64,000 nt of DNA, taken from an uncultured Actinomycetes bacterium (GTDB taxonomy: Bacteria; Actinomycetota; Acidimicrobiia; IMCC26256; PALSA-610). The translations under genes were made by a program, and so were the position numbers. Where the stretch lies: NCBI GenBank assembly GCA_963784845.1, contig CAWASN010000007.1:1066168-1130167 (forward strand). Direction: 5' to 3'. A model generated the notes under the pieces. That model was not told where the DNA came from. It saw only the letters and a program-made list of their open reading frames with translations, and did not search any database. Shown piece by piece: positions 1 through 10,660 of this stretch (its first letter is position 1; the number at the start of each line of letters is the position of its first letter).

Positions 1-2
1 TC

Positions 3-281
3 GAGGCCGCGCTCGACGAGCACGGTCGCGTGCGCTCGTGCGCGGTCATCGGTCTTCCCGACGACGACCTCGGCAACGTGGTGCACGCGATCGTGCAGAC
101 CGACGACGGTACGGCGATCGACCTCGACGACCTGCGGGCGCACCTGGCCGAGCGCCTGGTCCGCTACAAGATCCCCCGGACCTTCGAGTTCACCGCCGAG
201 CCGCTGCGTGACGACGCGGGCAAGTCGAGGCGTTCTGCCCTCCGCGCCGAGCGCCTCCCGACCCCTCGCCCGCTAGACTAG
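3..281 (+). CDS. AMP-dependent acyl-CoA ligase, C-terminal fragment (5' end outside window)
   Basis: Frame open to window edge; LVRYKIPRTFEFTAEPLRDDAGK resembles the C-terminal lid domain of AMP-binding ligases; TAG stop 279-281. Confidence 0.7.
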   Translation, partial: EAALDEHGRVRSCAVIGLPDDDLGNVVHAIVQTDDGTAIDLDDLRAHLAERLVRYKIPRTFEFTAEPLRDDAGKSRRSALRAERLPTPRPLD

Positions 282-294
282 AATCAGGTTCTAG
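278..294. promoter_or_regulatory. AT-rich palindrome CTAGAA-N5-TTCTAG, candidate TetR-type operator
   Basis: ctagaatcaggttctag overlaps the ligase stop, about 30 nt upstream of the amidohydrolase start; shares the 8-mer GTTCTAGA with the site at 35050-35057. Confidence 0.3.
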
Positions 295-326
295 ATTCGC
301 GCGGTTGCGCAAACGCGGAGGTGGCC

Positions 327-1508
327 ATGGGTACCGTCGACTTCGACGTCTTCGACGCTGACAACCACTACTACGAGGCGACCGACGCCTTCATCCGCCA
401 CCTACCGGCGCGGCGCTCGAAGCTGGTGCAGTGGGCCGACATCGACGGCAAGCACCGCATGATCGTCGACAGCAAGGTCTTCCGCTTCATCCCGAACCCC
501 ACCTTCGACCCCGTCGCCCGACCCGGTTGCCTCGACGACTACTTCCGGGGCAAGCAGGCCGGCGACGACATCCGGGCCGCGTTCGGCGAGCTGGAACCGA
601 TCAACCCCGCGTACCGCGAGCCGGAAGCACGCGCGAAGCTGATGGACTCTCAGGGCATGCAGGGTTGCTTCTTGTTCCCGACGCTCGGTGTCGGCGTGGA
701 AGAGGCGTTGTTGCACGATCCCGATGCGTTGCACGACGTGTTCCACGCGTTCAACGAGTGGATCCTCGACGACTGGACGTTCAACTACGACGACCGCATC
801 TACGCGGCGCCGTACATCGCATTGCAGGATCCGGAACGGGCGGAACGAGAGGTCGAGTACACGCTCGCGAACGGCGCGCACGTCGTGGTCATGCGTTCGG
901 GTCCGGTACGGGGTCCGGGGTTCTCCCGTAGCCCCGGCGACGCCGTGTACGACCGTATGTGGGCTCGCCTGGCCGAGGCCGGTGTGCTCGCGGCGTACCA
1001 CTCCGGCGACGCGGGCTATAACCGTTATGCGGACGAGTGGGGTGGGGGCGGCGACTTCCAGGCGTTCCGCAACGACCCGTTCCGCACGGTCACCAGTGGT
1101 CACCGGCCCGTGTACGACACGATCGCGGCGCTGGCATGCCACGGCGTGCTACGCCGCCATCCCGATCTCAAGGTCGCCACGATCGAGAGTGGTTCGGACT
1201 GGGTCGCGCTGTTGCTGCGAGCACTGAAGAAGTCGTTCGGTCAGACCCCCGGCGCATACGAAGGTGTCGACCCCGTCGAACAGGTGCGAAAGAACGTGTG
1301 GGTCTCGCCGTACTACGAGGACGATCTCGAGGAGCTACGTGACGAGTTGGGTGCGACTCAGATGATCTTCGGGTCCGACTACCCGCACGCTGAGGGCCTC
1401 GCCGATCCGAAGTCGTTCGTCGACGACCTGCCGACGTTCACCGACGAGCAGATCCACCTGGTGATGCGCGACAACGCGTTGGCGCTGTCGCAGACGCGCG
1501 GCGCCTAG
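327..1508 (+). CDS. amidohydrolase family (amidohydrolase_2 type) metal-dependent hydrolase
   Basis: ORF 321..1508; GGAGG 317-321 five nt before ATG 327 (GTG 321 also possible); N-terminal DADNHYYE and C-terminal GSDYPH motifs. Confidence 0.75.
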   Translation: MGTVDFDVFDADNHYYEATDAFIRHLPARRSKLVQWADIDGKHRMIVDSKVFRFIPNPTFDPVARPGCLDDYFRGKQAGDDIRAAFGELEPINPAYREPEARAKLMDSQGMQGCFLFPTLGVGVEEALLHDPDALHDVFHAFNEWILDDWTFNYDDRIYAAPYIALQDPERAEREVEYTLANGAHVVVMRSGPVRGPGFSRSPGDAVYDRMWARLAEAGVLAAYHSGDAGYNRYADEWGGGGDFQAFRNDPFRTVTSGHRPVYDTIAALACHGVLRRHPDLKVATIESGSDWVALLLRALKKSFGQTPGAYEGVDPVEQVRKNVWVSPYYEDDLEELRDELGATQMIFGSDYPHAEGLADPKSFVDDLPTFTDEQIHLVMRDNALALSQTRGA

Positions 1509-1614
1509 GTGTGACAACCGGGGACGTCATCCCCGTCGGTTCGGGCTCGTGGGTCGGTTGATGGGTTGCGTCCTGTGGCTCGCGCCAGGGCCGGGTGGCT
1601 TCTCGGGTCGCCCT

Positions 1615-2214
1615 TCAGATCGACAACCAGGTCGCCCTCCAGTCGGCGGCGTGCTCGTGCCAATAGCCGACGGGCACGACGTAGTGGTCGAGGTCGCGCC
1701 ACGAGCCGCGCACGAGTGTGGCCTCGGGGTCGACCCAACGCGGCTCGAGGCCCAGCTTCGCCAAGGCTCGGTGGACCGCCACGTCGTCGAGCAGCACGAG
1801 GACATCCACCCGGTGCAGCGCGAGCACGTCGAAGGCGAACTGGAGGAGGAGGACGAAGCAGGCCTGCGCCCGACCTTGGCCGGTCCGGTCCGCGTCGAGG
1901 AACATCGAGAAGCAGGCCCGCTGCCAGCTGTCGCGCGCGACGTCGTGGAGCACGGCCTCGCCGAGGAGGTTCCCGTCTTCGAACACACCGAAGGCGTAGC
2001 TCTGGTCGAAGACCGCGGCGAGCTCGTTGTTGGCGAGGCGCTCGGCGAAGTCCGACCTGGACGTTGCGTCGCGGGCCGAGCTCGCATCGCGTAAACGTGA
2101 CCGGTTGCGCTCGATGAGCGTCCGCCACTGCGGCTCGTCGTCGGAGGTGAGTCCCCTCAGCACAAGCCCCGCGCCGTCGAGCTGTGGGAGCACCGACGAC
2201 GCCGCGCCGATCAT
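1615..2214 (-). CDS. GNAT family N-acetyltransferase (RimJ/RimL-like)
   Basis: C-terminal 200 aa of ORF 1615..2403; LVLRGLTSDD...HRVDVLVLLDDVAVHRALAKLGLE pattern; ATG 2214 chosen, upstream starts possible. Confidence 0.6.
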   Translation of the reverse strand: MIGAASSVLPQLDGAGLVLRGLTSDDEPQWRTLIERNRSRLRDASSARDATSRSDFAERLANNELAAVFDQSYAFGVFEDGNLLGEAVLHDVARDSWQRACFSMFLDADRTGQGRAQACFVLLLQFAFDVLALHRVDVLVLLDDVAVHRALAKLGLEPRWVDPEATLVRGSWRDLDHYVVPVGYWHEHAADWRATWLSI

Positions 2215-2749
2215 CGAGAAGCCAGCCACCTCGGGCGGCCGGAAAACGGTGGAAAGGTTCGCCGACACGACCTGGCTCGCGGTCAGGCTCGGGGCGAGTT
2301 GGCGGAGCTGTGCGAGGCGCTGGCCCCCGTAGCCTCGCTCGTTCCCGGGCCCCCCGTGAACGACGCCTCCCATCGGACACCTCCTCGACGTGGCGGCCTC
2401 CACGCATCATCATGCGCGCCTTGGGTTGTGTCAACGTACCGCCACTTTGGACCGCGTCGAGGTGTTACACGCGGCCGATAGCCCTTTGACAATGACATCG
2501 GTCAATAATCGACATCCACCAAGAAGCCGGCGCCGCCCTGCTCTTCAGGACCGACGTGTGGCTCGCTCCGTCGCGAACACAGTTCGACGTCCAGCGAAGG
2601 CACGTTGTGTGCGGCCGGGCGGGACAGGGACCTCCTTGCCGAACGCACCCCTGAAGGGCAATATGAGCGGGTGGTCACCGGGCGGCGGGCCGCGTAGGAG
2701 TGAGGAGACCCTTTTGAGCGACCGTGACACTCCGACGGGACGGGCCTCG

Positions 2750-3352
2750 ATGACTTCCAACGATCTGAGTAGTGAGTGGGCACCGGCTCGAAGCTCGACC
2801 GGGCCACGCGTGGGGCGCGTCATCGCTGTGCTGGCAATGTGCGGTGTGGGCCTTGTCGGGTTGGGTGCCTGCGGGAGCTCGTCGCACACCTCGACGGGTT
2901 CGACGGGTTCGACCGGTGGGGCGAGCGGCAGCGGTGCGAGCACGTCATCGCTGCCGTCGGTGGGTGCGAACGCGACGAAGGTCGATGTCTGTGCTCTGGT
3001 GTCAGCTGCCGATATGTCGAAGCTCATCGGCGGCAACTTCACCGCGACGAGCGGGACCGGTGGGATGTGTAACTACCGGTCGTCGTCGGCGGCGTTCTTT
3101 GTCATTGTGAGCACCCTCGACGCGGTTGGTGGTTGGAACGGTGCGCTTCAGACACTGCAACAAAACGGTGGAGCCACGCCGATCACTGTGAGCGGCGTCG
3201 GGGATCAGGCTGCATATTCCGGCACACAGTTCGACGCGCGTTCGGGCAACAACGTGATCGATGTCCACGGTGCCGACGACCAGGGCAGCGCGCCGGGATC
3301 GTGGGCAAACTCGATCGCGGTTGCCAAGGCTGTCATCGCCAAGCTGCACTGA
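2750..3352 (+). CDS. secreted lipoprotein (DUF3558-like architecture)
   Basis: ATG 2750 inside ORF 2390..3352; signal peptide with lipobox LGAC-GSS, Ser/Gly/Thr linker, conserved Cys pair. Confidence 0.6.
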   Translation: MTSNDLSSEWAPARSSTGPRVGRVIAVLAMCGVGLVGLGACGSSSHTSTGSTGSTGGASGSGASTSSLPSVGANATKVDVCALVSAADMSKLIGGNFTATSGTGGMCNYRSSSAAFFVIVSTLDAVGGWNGALQTLQQNGGATPITVSGVGDQAAYSGTQFDARSGNNVIDVHGADDQGSAPGSWANSIAVAKAVIAKLH

Positions 3353-3469
3353 GTGGTTCAGTCTCCGAACATTGAGTTCGAAGATCTCGGCGGACGCGAG
3401 TGCCAGCGCGGAACGGCCGATCAAAGAGGTTGGTAGACGCGCCACCATGTCGCCGGGCCCTTTGGCCGA

Positions 3470-4513
3470 TCAGTCCGGCTTCACGGCGACCACGAGGTCG
3501 CGCGTGATCGCCTGGTCGACGCGGTGTTCGAAGGAGACGGGCGAGATCGACGGAACCAGGCCGTGGCGCGCGACGAGCTCGACCAGCGCGTCTTTCGCCA
3601 GCACCTTGACGTTCCACGACAGACCCATCGCCGCGCCGGGTTTCATCGCGCCGATCCAGCCGGGAAGCGCAGCGTCGAGGAGGTCCTCCGGGCGCCGGCT
3701 GCGCGGATGGGGAAGGCGGGCCCGGCTCGTGTGCTGCACGCCGTACGGGAGGTCGGCGATGACGGCGTCGAACACGGGCTTGCGGTAGTGCGCGCCTGCC
3801 TCGACAGTGTCGTCGTTGACGAACCGGGCGCGCTGCACGTCGCCGGCGTTGTACTCGTCCTTGTCGCGTGCGAACACGACTTCGAAACGGCGGCCTACCA
3901 CCTTGCCCTCGCGTCGCAGCGGCATCGTGTGCACCTGGTGCTTGTTCCGCTTGTCCTTCAGCCAGGTCACCAAGAACGTGCGGTACGCGTCGTAGGCGGT
4001 CCGATCGACCTCGATGCCGTCGACGTCGAAGCCGTAGACGAGGCCCTGGTTGAGCGACGTGCCTCTTCCGCAGACCGGGTCGAGGACACGCAGCCGTCGA
4101 TTCGGCCAGTCGGTGCCGTGGGCCGACCTCGCGAGGGTCACGTTGAACAGCAACTTCGTGAACTGCTCGTTCGTCTTTCCCTTGTAACGCATGATGGTCA
4201 GGAGGTCGTCGTCGAGGTACGCCACCGGATGGAGGGTGACCGGCACGAGGTGCGTGCCGTCATCCACGATCGAGAAGAGCGCGAACGCCGATGAGAGGTT
4301 CGACAGGTGGGCGATGTCGTGCTCGGACAGCGCGGCGTCGGTCTCGAAGCGGAGGTATTCGACGCCGCCGATGACCGTCGGGCCGACTGCTCGTAGCAAT
4401 GTGTCGAGCACCCGGTCGTCGAGGACGGAGAGCTCGGCCGCGTTCAGGGTCGCGGCGCCCTTGCTGTAGAGGCGGTTCGCGGCCGGACGAAGCAGGAATG
4501 CGTACGCGGCCAT
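3470..4513 (-). CDS. SAM-dependent methyltransferase (UPF0020/Trm11-like N-methylase)
   Basis: ATG 4513 in ORF 3470..4594; motif I-like VLDPVCGRGT and motif IV-like DLPYG. Confidence 0.6.
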   Translation of the reverse strand: MAAYAFLLRPAANRLYSKGAATLNAAELSVLDDRVLDTLLRAVGPTVIGGVEYLRFETDAALSEHDIAHLSNLSSAFALFSIVDDGTHLVPVTLHPVAYLDDDLLTIMRYKGKTNEQFTKLLFNVTLARSAHGTDWPNRRLRVLDPVCGRGTSLNQGLVYGFDVDGIEVDRTAYDAYRTFLVTWLKDKRNKHQVHTMPLRREGKVVGRRFEVVFARDKDEYNAGDVQRARFVNDDTVEAGAHYRKPVFDAVIADLPYGVQHTSRARLPHPRSRRPEDLLDAALPGWIGAMKPGAAMGLSWNVKVLAKDALVELVARHGLVPSISPVSFEHRVDQAITRDLVVAVKPD

Positions 4514-4568
4514 CGGCGGCACCGTACCGCCGCGCCCCGGTGATGCCGGCTGCCTAGGCTCTGCGCCC

Positions 4569-4931
4569 GTGACCCGTCTCATCTTCCACATCACGACCGC
4601 GCCCGAGTGGGACGCGGCCCGTCGGGCCGGCGCCTACCGCTCCCCGAGCCTGGAAACCGAGGGCTTCATCCACTGTTCGCTGCCGACGCAGGTAAATCAC
4701 GTCGCCGACTGGTTCTACCGGGACATCCCCGACCTCGTTCTGTTGTGCATCGACCCGTCCCACCTCACCAGCGAGCTGCGGTGGGAACCCTCGGCCGACG
4801 CTTTCGCAGGGGAGTTCCCTCACGTGTACGGCCCGATCGCGATCGAGTCGGTCGTCGCCGCGATCTCCTGGCGTCCCGGGGAGAAGGGGTTCGCCCTGCC
4901 CGACGTCGTGCACGACCTCCTCGACGGCTGA
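4569..4931 (+). CDS. DUF952 domain protein
   Basis: 120-aa ORF, GTG start; EGFIHCS and FPHVYGPI motifs typical of DUF952. Confidence 0.7.
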   Translation: MTRLIFHITTAPEWDAARRAGAYRSPSLETEGFIHCSLPTQVNHVADWFYRDIPDLVLLCIDPSHLTSELRWEPSADAFAGEFPHVYGPIAIESVVAAISWRPGEKGFALPDVVHDLLDG

Positions 4932-4950
4932 GGCACCCCCCCCCGAGATC

Positions 4951-5076
4951 TCGCACAACTGTTGGGTGGGAAATCGGCGTTGAGCGCGGAGAACTCGCAC
5001 AACTGTTGGGTGGGAAATCGGCGTTGAGCGCGGAGAACTCGCACAACTGTTGGGTGGGGAATCGGCGTGTTCGCGG
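4951..5076. repeat. 44-bp tandem repeat, about 2.8 copies, half-units of the CAACAGTTGTGC palindromic element family
   Basis: tcgcacaactgttgggtgggaaatcggcgttgagcgcggagaac starts at 4951, 4995 and 5039 (third copy diverges); lies between the convergent stops of DUF952 and the SDR; preceded by a C9 run at 4936-4944. Confidence 0.9.
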
Positions 5077-5087
5077 GGTGGGGGTTC

Positions 5088-5882
5088 TCAGGTGAGGTCG
5101 GGGAGACCCATCTCGAGGTTGGCTTCCTCGAGCCCGCCGTCGACCTCGAAGAGCTTGCCGGTCACGAAACTCCCGGCCGGCGACGCGAGATAGAGCGCGC
5201 ACAATGCGATGTCCTCGGGCTGTCCGAGCCGCTTGAGCGGCGTGCGGCGGACCATCTCGTCGTGGATCTCCTGATTCTCGAGGACGATCTCGAGCGCACT
5301 CGTCGCGATCGACCCGACGGCGATCGCGTTGACCCGTACCTTGGGCGCAAGGTCGGCCGCGGTCAGGCGGGTCATGTGCGACAGCGCGGCTTTGGCGGTG
5401 CCGTACGCCACGAAGCCCCGGTCACGGAGACGGCCGATCGCAGAGGAGATGTTGACGATCGCCCCGGCTCCACTCGCGAGCAGGTGCGGGGTGGCGGCCT
5501 TGCTGAGCACGAAGGCTGTGGTCACGTTGAAGTGGAAGGAACGCTCGAAGAACCCGGCGCTCGTGTCGAGGAACGGCCGGGGCATCGTCCCTCCCGCGTT
5601 GTTCACGACGATGTCGATGCGGCCGAGCTCGGAGACGGTGCGCTCGACGATCTCCTCGAGCACGTCGTTGTCGTTGACGTCGGCGGGGATGACGAGCGCC
5701 TCGCGTCCGTGCGCGCGCACGTCGGCGGCGACCTCGTCGAGCTGTTCCTGCGTGCGGGCGGTCAGCACGACGTTGGCGCCCGCGTCGGCGAACGTACGGG
5801 CGATCGAAGCGCCGATGCCGCGCCCGGCACCCGTGACGATCGCGACCTTGCCGTCGAGGCGAAAAGCGTCGAGCGCGCTCAC
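5088..5882 (-). CDS. short-chain dehydrogenase/reductase (SDR)
   Basis: GTG 5882 (GTGA overlap with the upstream stop); TGAGRGIG cofactor motif, YGTAKAA catalytic motif. Confidence 0.8.
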   Translation of the reverse strand: MSALDAFRLDGKVAIVTGAGRGIGASIARTFADAGANVVLTARTQEQLDEVAADVRAHGREALVIPADVNDNDVLEEIVERTVSELGRIDIVVNNAGGTMPRPFLDTSAGFFERSFHFNVTTAFVLSKAATPHLLASGAGAIVNISSAIGRLRDRGFVAYGTAKAALSHMTRLTAADLAPKVRVNAIAVGSIATSALEIVLENQEIHDEMVRRTPLKRLGQPEDIALCALYLASPAGSFVTGKLFEVDGGLEEANLEMGLPDLT

Positions 5883-6334
5883 GAGAGGTACCGCGAGATC
5901 GAGTCGACGACCGCGACCGGCTTGTCGCCGCCTTCGCGCTCGATCGTGATCCGAACGGTCGCCTGCACGCCGCCGGCGACCTCGACGGCCGCGAGGAGCT
6001 CGCCCTTGGCTCGCAGCCTCGAGTTCACCGGGACCGGTGCCGGGAAGCGCACTTTGTCGACTCCGTAGTTGATGCCCATCGAGATGTTGCTGACGTGGAC
6101 GAGTTGCGACAGGAAATGCGCCGCAAGTGACATTGTGAGGAAGCCGTGGGCGATGGGGGTGCCGAAAGGTCCCGCTTTCGCGCGCTCGGTATCGACGTGG
6201 ATCCACTGGTTGTCCAGCGTGGCTTCTGCGAACTTGTCGATCTGGTCCTGGGTGATCGTGACCCAGCCGGTGACACCGAGATCGGCGCCGACCGCCTCGA
6301 GTAGGTCGTTGGGAGAGGCGTAGTTCGTGGTCAT
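5879..6334 (-). CDS. MaoC-like (R)-specific enoyl-CoA hydratase / hot-dog fold dehydratase
   Basis: ATG 6334 in ORF 5879..6793; WIHVDTERAKAGPFGTPIAHGFLT hydratase-2 motif region. Confidence 0.75.
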   Translation of the reverse strand: MTTNYASPNDLLEAVGADLGVTGWVTITQDQIDKFAEATLDNQWIHVDTERAKAGPFGTPIAHGFLTMSLAAHFLSQLVHVSNISMGINYGVDKVRFPAPVPVNSRLRAKGELLAAVEVAGGVQATVRITIEREGGDKPVAVVDSISRYLS

Positions 6335-6382
6335 GGGACGGACGCTATAAGGCTTTGCGCCGCGGATGTCGATGCATGGCCG

Positions 6383-8634
6383 ATGGCAGGAGCTTTTCCG
6401 TTCGTCGCGCCCGAAGGTGACAGCCTCGGCGCGCCGTCGTCGATCGACGCGGAAGACGGGGCAGCCGGGGAGTCGGCCGGCGCGGAACCGCTCCACGTCC
6501 GCGATCCCGACGTGGTGCGTGCACTCTCGGACGCGGTGGCGATTCTCGGGCCCGACCTGCGCCCGCGCATGATGCTCGGACGGCTCGGCGGATACGTCGG
6601 GCTTTCGCGTCTGGAGAACCTGGACCTCCGCCTCGCGCAATGGGTCCACCACGACGATCTTCCGGTGGTACTCGATGCGTTGGCGCGCAGCCGCCGCGCG
6701 CCTGCGGTCGACGTCGAAGCGCAAGTACGCGTGCACAACGAGCACGATGGTTGGCACGACATGACGCTCGTGTTCTGCAACTTCCTCGATCATCCCGACG
6801 TGCAGGGCACCATCGTGCGCGCCGTCGACCAGACCCTCTTCGACCGCGAGGTCAGGTGGCGGACACTGGTGGCCGAGAGCCCGATCGGCATCTTCGAAGT
6901 CGATCTCGACGATCGCTGCACCTTCGTGAATCCGGCGTTCGCCCGGTTGACGGGGCTCTCGACCGCGAGGCCCTCGGCCGGGGTTGGTCGTCGGTGATCG
7001 CGAGCGAGGACTTCGAACGCCTCCGGAGCGAACAACTCGACGCGGACCGCGACCTCGCGACCGGCGACGGCTCGCCGGCGTGCGAGATGCAGATCGCGTC
7101 GCCCGACGGAACCTCGCGGTGGGTCAGCGTCCGAACCGTGCCGTTGCGCGGCTCGGACGCGAAAGTCAAGGGCTTCCTCGGCACGCTCGAGGACATCACC
7201 GAGAGAAAGCGCCTCGAGGCGCGGCTCGCCCACGACGCCACGCACGACCGGCTCACCGGACTCGGTAGCCGCTCGCTGCTCATCGAGGAGCTCACCGCCA
7301 TCCTCGCCCGCACGCGCCGCGGGGGTCCCGACGTAGCGCTGTTGTTCATCGATCTCGACGGCTTCAAGCGCGTCAACGACATGCTCGGTCACGCGGCCGG
7401 CGACGAGTTGCTCGTGCAAGTCGCCAAGCGGCTGCGCACCGCGTTGCGCGGCGGTGACGTCTGCGTGCGCCTCGGCGGTGACGAGTTCGTGGTGTGTTGT
7501 CCCGAGCCCGACGGAGCCCCGTCGGGCACACGCAGCTGGGAGCGCACGCACGTGCGCTGCAGCTCGCGGAACGCCTGCTCGGCGCGCTGAACGAACCGTA
7601 CGATGTGCACGGGCACGAGCTGCTGGTCGGCGCGAGCATCGGGATCGCCGGCACCTCGGGGGCAGATCTCGTATCGGTCGATCAGCTGCTCTCGAACGCC
7701 GACGTCGCCGCGTACCGCGCCAAGCGCCTCGGTCGGGGCCGGGTCGAGATGTTCGACGATGCGCTGCGCCGCCAGCTCGCGCAGGGACGCCGTGTCGCCC
7801 GCGCCGTGGGCCGGTTGCTGGATCGGCCGCGCCTGCCCATCCGCTGCTCGCCCCTGGTGGATCTGCGCGACGACGCCGTCGTCGGCTTCGACTGCACCGT
7901 CGACTGGGGGCGGGCGGGGATCCGGGAGCCTCCCGAGGTGATCGCGGCCGCGTGTCGACGACGCGGGCATCTCGCGGGCGCTGGACGTCGCCACGATACG
8001 CACCGCGCTCGCCCAGATCGCCGAGTGGGAACACCATCCGCCGCCGGCGCGGTCCCCGGTCTCAGCATCACCCTGACGAGCGGGTGCTCGCTCGCCGGTG
8101 CTGGTCGAACTGGTCCGTGACCTTCTCGTGCGGACCGGGGTCGGCCCGCGCTGCTCTGGTTGGGTGTCCCCGAAGCCGCGCGTCGCGCACGACCTGGACG
8201 TGGCCTCGCGCGTCGTGGTCGCGCTCGACCGTTTGGGAGTAGGCGTAGCGTTACGCGATTTCGGCTCCGTGGTGTCGTCGCTCGAGCAACTCCGGCTCCT
8301 CCCGGCTCCGACGATCACGATCGCGGGCCCCCTGGTCGCCGCGGTACGCGACTCCGCCGCGCTCGGTGCGCGCGACCCGGGGGACCGAAGTCCGCAGGAG
8401 CGCCACGAGGACGCGAGCACGACGCTGCTCGCTGCGATCGTCCGCTACGCGCGTGCGCTCGGACGTGTGGTCGTCGCCTTCGACGTGTACGACGACGCCC
8501 ACGCTCGCCGGCTCCGAGACCTCGGCTGCGACTTGGCGACGGGGCCGGCCTTCGGACCCCCGATCCGACCCGACGAGGTGGAGGTGTTCCTGACCGAGCG
8601 CCTCTCGGGGCGCCGCTCGGACGGTCGTCGGTAA
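6383..8634 (+). pseudogene. PAS-GGDEF-EAL signalling protein, readable only with at least five frame changes
   Basis: Pieces in ORFs 6383..6997 (PAS), 6640..7590 (PAS, GGDEF with intact RLGGDEF), 7494..8120, frame 1 from about 7954, and 8098..8634 (EAL-like, degenerate). Shifts near 6965, 7500, 7950, 8075 and 8150-8180. Confidence 0.7.
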
Positions 8635-10647
<2,013 letters not shown>

Positions 10648-10660
10648 GGGAGACAACCCG

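Noticed and set aside
1505-2434. 309-aa Arg-rich minus-strand ORF and overlapping plus-strand ORFs
   Set aside because: These are alternative frames of the GNAT locus. Only the 1615..2403 frame shows an acetyltransferase-like sequence.
4554-5202. Minus-strand ORFs encoding repeated ...FPTQQLCEFSALNADF... peptides
   Set aside because: They are translations of the 44-bp tandem repeat (not divisible by 3). The same motif appears at two other intergenic loci in different frames, so it is a DNA or RNA element and not a protein.
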